Shown here: in pieces, positions 27,674-32,000 of the stretch
Layout of the letters: the number at the start of each line of letters is the position of its first letter
Position numbering within the stretch: position 1 is the first letter of the stretch
Source: Candidatus Harpocratesius repetitus
GTDB taxonomy: Archaea > Asgardarchaeota > Lokiarchaeia > Sigyniarchaeales > Promethearchaeaceae
Reading direction: 5' to 3'
Assembly (NCBI GenBank): GCA_021498095.1
Contig: JAIZWK010000001.1
Span: 90,001 to 122,000 of the forward strand
Length of the DNA: 32,000 bases
The notes under the pieces: generated by a model
What the model saw: the letters and a program-made list of their open reading frames with translations, nothing else
Databases searched by the model: none
Told to the model about the DNA's origin: nothing
Made by a program: the position numbers and the translations under genes

Positions 27674-28969
27674 ATGGTGATATCAGATAAAGTTAATATT
27701 ATAAATTATCTTGAAAACTTTAAACTAAATAAATTCAATAATGGAGATTCTAAAAAAAAGGGGAAAAAGACAGGTTTAGATATTTATATCAAAGAAAAAG
27801 GGGAAACCATTATTGAAAAATTTGAATATCAAGGCATGTATTTCATGAAATTTATTAATGAATTTTGGACTTCGAAACAAAGACAAAGTTCATCCTTACA
27901 TGAAATTTCATATCGAGCTTGTTATAAAGCTCAATTACCAAGATTTTTTATTGAAATTATGACAAAAAAAGGAGATTATGTATATGATCCATTCGCCGGA
28001 AGAGGAACAACAGGTATTGAGGCCGCTTTGATGGGGAGAAATATAATTTTAAATGATATTAATCCCTTAAGTAAAATTTTATCAAAACCACGTCTAAATA
28101 TACCAACTCATGATGAAATTGAGAAAAGACTTGATTCAATTAAGATGGATTATAATCTAAAAGCAGAAATTGATATTTCAATGTTTTATCATCCAAAAAC
28201 TGAATCAGAAATTGTTTCATTAAAAAAATATTTGAATGAAAAAAAACTAAATGGTGAAGAAGACTTTATAGATGAATGGATAAGAATGGTAGCCACAAAT
28301 AGGTTAACTGGTCATTCTAAAGGATTTTTTTCTGTATATACTTTACCTCCTAATCAAGCAGTTTTACCTGAAAGACAATTAATAATAAATAAAAAAAGGA
28401 ATCAAACACCAGAATATAAGGAAATAAAACCTAGAATTATAAAGAAATCAAAATCATTACTCAGGAATCTCTCAAAACAAGAAAGGAATAATTTGAAATC
28501 AGCTGCAAACAAAGCGATATTTTTAACTTTAGATGCACAGAAAACGAAAAATATTCCAGATAATTTTGTTCAATTAACAGTTACTTCTCCTCCTTTCTTA
28601 AATGTAGTTCAATATTCAGATGATAATTGGTTAAGATGTTGGTTTAACTCTTTAGATGTTAATGAAATTTCAAAAAAAATAACTATAGAAAATAATATAA
28701 ATGAATGGACAAGAATAATGACAAATGTTTTCAAAGAATTATATCGCATAACCAAAGTAGATGGTTTTGTAGCATTTGAAGTTGGTGAAATAAGAAACGG
28801 AAAAATAAATTTGGATGAATATATCCTCCCAATTGGTTTAAAAGTAGGGTTTAATTGTATAGGTATCTTAATTAATTCCCAAAATTTCACGAAAACGTCA
28901 AATATTTGGGGAATAAAAAATAATAAAAAAGGCACAAATTCTAATCGTATAGTTATATTCCAAAAATGA
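27674..28969 (+). CDS. Amino-methyltransferase, probably N4-cytosine type (motif I before motif IV)
   Basis: YDPFAGRGTT (motif I) precedes VTSPPF (motif IV; SPPY/F is typical of m4C enzymes); SYRACYKAQLPRFFI at the N-terminus. Confidence 0.88.
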   Translation: MVISDKVNIINYLENFKLNKFNNGDSKKKGKKTGLDIYIKEKGETIIEKFEYQGMYFMKFINEFWTSKQRQSSSLHEISYRACYKAQLPRFFIEIMTKKGDYVYDPFAGRGTTGIEAALMGRNIILNDINPLSKILSKPRLNIPTHDEIEKRLDSIKMDYNLKAEIDISMFYHPKTESEIVSLKKYLNEKKLNGEEDFIDEWIRMVATNRLTGHSKGFFSVYTLPPNQAVLPERQLIINKKRNQTPEYKEIKPRIIKKSKSLLRNLSKQERNNLKSAANKAIFLTLDAQKTKNIPDNFVQLTVTSPPFLNVVQYSDDNWLRCWFNSLDVNEISKKITIENNINEWTRIMTNVFKELYRITKVDGFVAFEVGEIRNGKINLDEYILPIGLKVGFNCIGILINSQNFTKTSNIWGIKNNKKGTNSNRIVIFQK

Positions 28970-28973
28970 ATCT

Positions 28974-29672
28974 ATGGAGTTTGTTAATAATATGGACGAA
29001 AAAGACAAATATATCAAAGAATTAGAAGATTTACTAACAGAAATGATGAAACCTATTAAGAATGTACCATTTAATTTAGTCATAAAAGGATTTTCTGGTC
29101 ATGATGTTATTTTATTCGACATGAATAATTCTAAAGATAGAGAACTTCTAGACTTATTAATAGAAGGGGCGCAAGATGCATTAAATAATGCATATAGCCA
29201 AGGAATTAAAGTAAAAAGAACGAATGAAGTTGGAAATTATATTGAAGAATATGTTTTGAATTCTTTAAATAAAGTAGGTTTACACGCTTCAAGGCCAAAA
29301 ACAAAGAGAGGTACTCATAAAGCGGGTGGATATCCAGATATTTTTATTTTAGATAAATATAAAAGACCTACATATCTTGAAATAAAATCCTACAATATTA
29401 AAAATTACCAGACTACCCAAAGGTCGTTCTATTTATCCCCATCCACAGAAAAAGATGGATTTAAAGTAATTCATGATGCTAGACACCTTATTTTAAGTTT
29501 TCAAATTGAGAAAAAAAAAATTGAAGATAAAGAAATTACATTTATTCCTGTTCATTGGACGATTTTTGATACAAAATACCTTAAAGGACAAATTAAACAT
29601 GAATTTAACGCATCTAATAAACAAATGTATTTAAATGAAGCGATTCTTGCAAAAGGTTCTATTGAAAAATAA
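28974..29672 (+). CDS. Type II restriction endonuclease, PD-(D/E)xK fold
   Basis: NEVGNYIEEY helix, GYPDIF and YLEIKS catalytic motifs; starts 4 bp after the MTase stop. Confidence 0.8.
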   Translation: MEFVNNMDEKDKYIKELEDLLTEMMKPIKNVPFNLVIKGFSGHDVILFDMNNSKDRELLDLLIEGAQDALNNAYSQGIKVKRTNEVGNYIEEYVLNSLNKVGLHASRPKTKRGTHKAGGYPDIFILDKYKRPTYLEIKSYNIKNYQTTQRSFYLSPSTEKDGFKVIHDARHLILSFQIEKKKIEDKEITFIPVHWTIFDTKYLKGQIKHEFNASNKQMYLNEAILAKGSIEK

Positions 29673-29811
29673 GGATTAGATTCAAAGAGAAATATAGAAA
29701 AAAAAGGAAAACAGAATTTTTGTAGAAATATTTAGCGAGAAGGACACTTAAGATTTTTAGAATGGGAGATATTCAAGAGCTAATTAATGTATGCAATAAA
29801 TTATACCAAGT

Positions 29812-29923
29812 TTTTCAATTATCTCTTTGATAATTTCAAGCTTGCAGGCAATCTATAGTTATACATAACTAAGATTGGCCATTTATATTTCAATTATCTC
29901 TTTGATAGTTTCAAGCTTGCAGG
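29812..29923 (-). repeat. Two 37-bp CRISPR-like direct repeats separated by a 38-bp self-complementary segment
   Basis: Minus strand repeats CCTGCAAGCTTGAAA[C/T]TATCAAAGAGATAATTGAAA[T/A] at 29923-29887 and 29848-29812; period 75 bp; identity extends 4 bp further after one mismatch. No third copy found. Confidence 0.85.
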
Positions 29924-30237
29924 GAATCAGTTCTACTTCTACCATTCGATATGCAATTTGATATATAGCTTTTTAAAGATGAACGAAATTTGATATTCAA
30001 GCAGAAGAGAGCAAATGGTAGTTAAGACAGCAAAATCAAAAGAATAACATAATCCATAAAAATATCGTCCCAACAATTCATTGTGGCAGAAATTTTAGGT
30101 TTATGGCAAAAATTACAAAACCTTTAGAAAAATTCTAATACAAATTCCAAGCCAAATTATACTCTACGTATCGGAATGCTAATATCACGTAGAAACCTTT
30201 TTCTGGTAGAGAGCACCACCTACATGAATTGATCGCT

Positions 30238-30366
30238 TTCCTTATATTGTAGAAATAATATATTTATATTTTTATATATTCTATAATAATATATGTCTTC
30301 AAAAACTACGGTGGCAATTGATAAAGCGTTACGAAAAAAATTGAAAAAAATTGCTCTTTTCTTAGA
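30238..30366 (+). repeat. Long direct repeat, copy 2 (matches 27401-27529)
   Basis: Covers the promoter region and first 24 codons of the intact antitoxin gene. Confidence 0.95.
30251..30270 (+). promoter_or_regulatory. Putative archaeal BRE/TATA promoter for a leaderless vapBC transcript
   Basis: Purine-rich AGAAATAA followed by TTTATATT at -30 to -23 relative to ATG 30293; duplicated at 27414-27433. The AT-rich context lowers specificity. Confidence 0.45.
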
Positions 30367-30625
30367 CCTCACCCAAAATGAGGTAATTGAAAAGGCGTTA
30401 TCCTTATTAGAACAAAATATCATCACACAAATCAAAGAATCTTCGAATAAAGCAGCCCTAAATAGTTCTAATGATCCTATTAAAAATACATTAGATATAA
30501 TTAGTCAGAAAGTCTGTGAAATTGATAGCAACCATAAAAAAATTCAAGAAATTTTATACAGTGGTCCAGAAACCATCGATGACATTATAACCTCAAATTG
30601 GAATACAGGGCTGGGTATAGAATGA
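30293..30625 (+). CDS. vapB: RHH/CopG-type antitoxin
   Basis: KTTVAIDKALRKKLKKIA...TQNEVIEKAL beta-alpha-alpha pattern; stop overlaps the PIN gene start (ATGA). Confidence 0.8.
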   Translation: MSSKTTVAIDKALRKKLKKIALFLDLTQNEVIEKALSLLEQNIITQIKESSNKAALNSSNDPIKNTLDIISQKVCEIDSNHKKIQEILYSGPETIDDIITSNWNTGLGIE

Positions 30626-31065
30626 AAAAGCAGAATATTATAGCTCTCGATTCCAATGTTTTCCGAAATCGGCAGTTTATTGATTATTTAATTTTCCACA
30701 AAGATCGATTGAATATCGGTCTTCCCATAATTGTGCAGGTGGAAGTTGCATATTTTTATAAAATTAAAGGATTTTCTTGGGAAATTTTTAAAAAAGAAAT
30801 GAAAAAGTTTGATGCGGTATTTATGGACTGGAAGATCGCAAATGTCGATGAAATTATCACCCGGATCTTTAACAACAAGCAGAATTTGTCATTCAAACAC
30901 CATTTTCGAGACTATCTGATTGGGTTGCAAAGCGAAAAAGCAAATCGGAACCTTATCACATACAATACATCACATTTTAATTGGTTGAACAAGGTTGAGG
31001 TTAAAACCCCTGAAGATTTCGTAAAGGATCTTGAAAAAATTATAAAGAATGCAAAAACCAATTAA
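30622..31065 (+). CDS. vapC: PIN-domain ribonuclease toxin
   Basis: IIALDSNVF, VQVEV, FRDYLIG, LITYNTSHF; ATG 30622 overlaps the antitoxin TGA. Confidence 0.88.
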   Translation: MKKQNIIALDSNVFRNRQFIDYLIFHKDRLNIGLPIIVQVEVAYFYKIKGFSWEIFKKEMKKFDAVFMDWKIANVDEIITRIFNNKQNLSFKHHFRDYLIGLQSEKANRNLITYNTSHFNWLNKVEVKTPEDFVKDLEKIIKNAKTN

Positions 31066-31233
31066 TTATTTTTACTTCAATACCTCGATTTCGGGGAATT
31101 CTTTTGAAATGTCTCACATCATCGGGTGATATCTCAAGATTATGGCCGTTTTTTACGCTGCACTCCATTCTAAAGGATTTTCTAATACATTACCAATGAA
31201 TTTTAATTTTTAAAATCGGCAAATCAAAACAAA

Positions 31234-31674
31234 ATGTCCGAAAAAAACACTCCTTCTTTGACTGATCAAATAAACGTCTACTTAAAAGCCATTGAATATA
31301 AGCGCAGCATCGGGAAAACTCAATGATCTATCTTTTCCTTATTTGCAACCGGTGCGGGAGCCGCATTTATTTACAGCTTTAAAGAACAGGAATGGATACC
31401 CCAACTTTTTATCCAGTTAACCGCAATTTTAATATTTTGGTTGGGTATTGTCTTTTATAACTTGTATCGCCGAATTAACAAAGGAGTGACTGAATTTCTG
31501 GTCCAGTTTGAATCATCGGTTAATTTCTTTCGTGATTTTCAAAAAACCATCAATGAAAACTATAAATCTAAAAGATCTTCTTCTCAAATATTAACATTTG
31601 CGGGCATGTTTTTGATGGTGCTCACAGCATTATACCAATTAATCCTCTATTTACAGAGATCTGGGGGTTTTTAG
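31234..31674 (+). pseudogene. Three-TM membrane protein gene interrupted by a single in-frame TGA (31324-31326)
   Basis: ATG 31234 is in frame with ORF 31441..31674; reads MSEKNTPSLTDQINVYLKAIEYKRSIGKTQ*SIFSLFATGAGAAFIYSF...; three hydrophobic helices. Confidence 0.72.
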
Positions 31675-32000
31675 ATGGTTCAAAACTATCCAGAAGATGC
31701 ATTTGAAAAGATCATGAAGAATGAGCAAAAACGATGGGGATTAACTTGTGTTTCTTTTTTACCCCATGATATTCAAGATAAGATTCAAAAGCTGCAAGAA
31801 ACCATATTAAATTGCTACGACAACCGAATTGCCCTAGAAAATTTATATAATAATTCTTTTATCCGATTCTATCAAAGAGAACAATTACACACGACCCATT
31901 ATACTTTAACACGAAGTCGTCCTGAAAACGCCTATATTAAGGCAGATATTCTAATAAAGGAAAATCAAATTTCATTCAGTAATTTCTACAATGCTTTCTT
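31675..32000 (+). CDS. Partial ORF, possible 2H phosphoesterase (runs off the right edge)
   Basis: ATG immediately follows the TAG at 31674; open to the window end; MVQNYPEDAF...WGLTCVSFLP...FYQREQLHTTHYTL contains a first HxT-type motif. The second motif would lie outside the window. Confidence 0.55.
   Translation, partial: MVQNYPEDAFEKIMKNEQKRWGLTCVSFLPHDIQDKIQKLQETILNCYDNRIALENLYNNSFIRFYQREQLHTTHYTLTRSRPENAYIKADILIKENQISFSNFYNAF

Noticed and set aside
29812-29923. Calling the repeat pair a bona fide CRISPR array or an integron attC site
   Set aside because: Only two repeats, no cas genes or leader, palindromic spacer; no RYYYAAC...GTTRRRY boxes for attC. Kept as a repeat and a finding.
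28609-30435. Minus-strand ORFs 28609-28935, 28898-29083, 30220-30435
   Set aside because: Antisense to the R-M and antitoxin genes.
31040-31170. Minus-strand peptide containing DDVRHFKRIPRNRGIEV, reminiscent of a PIN-domain C-terminus
   Set aside because: About 40 aa, no upstream PIN catalytic motifs; may be a remnant but is unsupported.

Overview
AT-rich accessory or defence-island-like window. An archaeal origin (possibly Asgard/Lokiarchaeia) is suggested by the NurA/HerA, Mig-type glycosylase, RHH-PIN pair and a TATA-like leaderless promoter, but cannot be proven from sequence alone. Left to right: (i) a tyrosine-recombinase-like fragment running off the left edge, a chimeric secreted-protein/half-ABC ORF and a paralogous membrane-anchored protein; (ii) a YwgA/Panacea-like plus HD dNTPase pair, divergent from a nurA-herA-dcm unit that converges on a Mig-type T:G glycosylase, with no mre11/rad50 and no classical REase (best candidate for an undescribed defence system); (iii) a roughly 14 kb tailoring-enzyme cluster (GT4-radical SAM fusion, WG-repeat O-methyltransferase, P-loop kinase, nucleotidyltransferase-phosphatase fusion, two more radical SAM/SPASM enzymes and a GT2) arranged divergently around a 1071-aa wHTH protein; (iv) a type II R-M cassette flanked by a ~129 bp direct repeat that duplicates the promoter and first 24 codons of a vapBC antitoxin, and carrying a CRISPR-like repeat-hairpin-repeat element; (v) vapBC, a 3-TM gene interrupted by one in-frame TGA, and a partial 2H-phosphoesterase-like ORF. 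No rRNA, tRNA, cas genes or multi-spacer CRISPR array were recognised. All family calls come from motif recognition by eye, not database searches.
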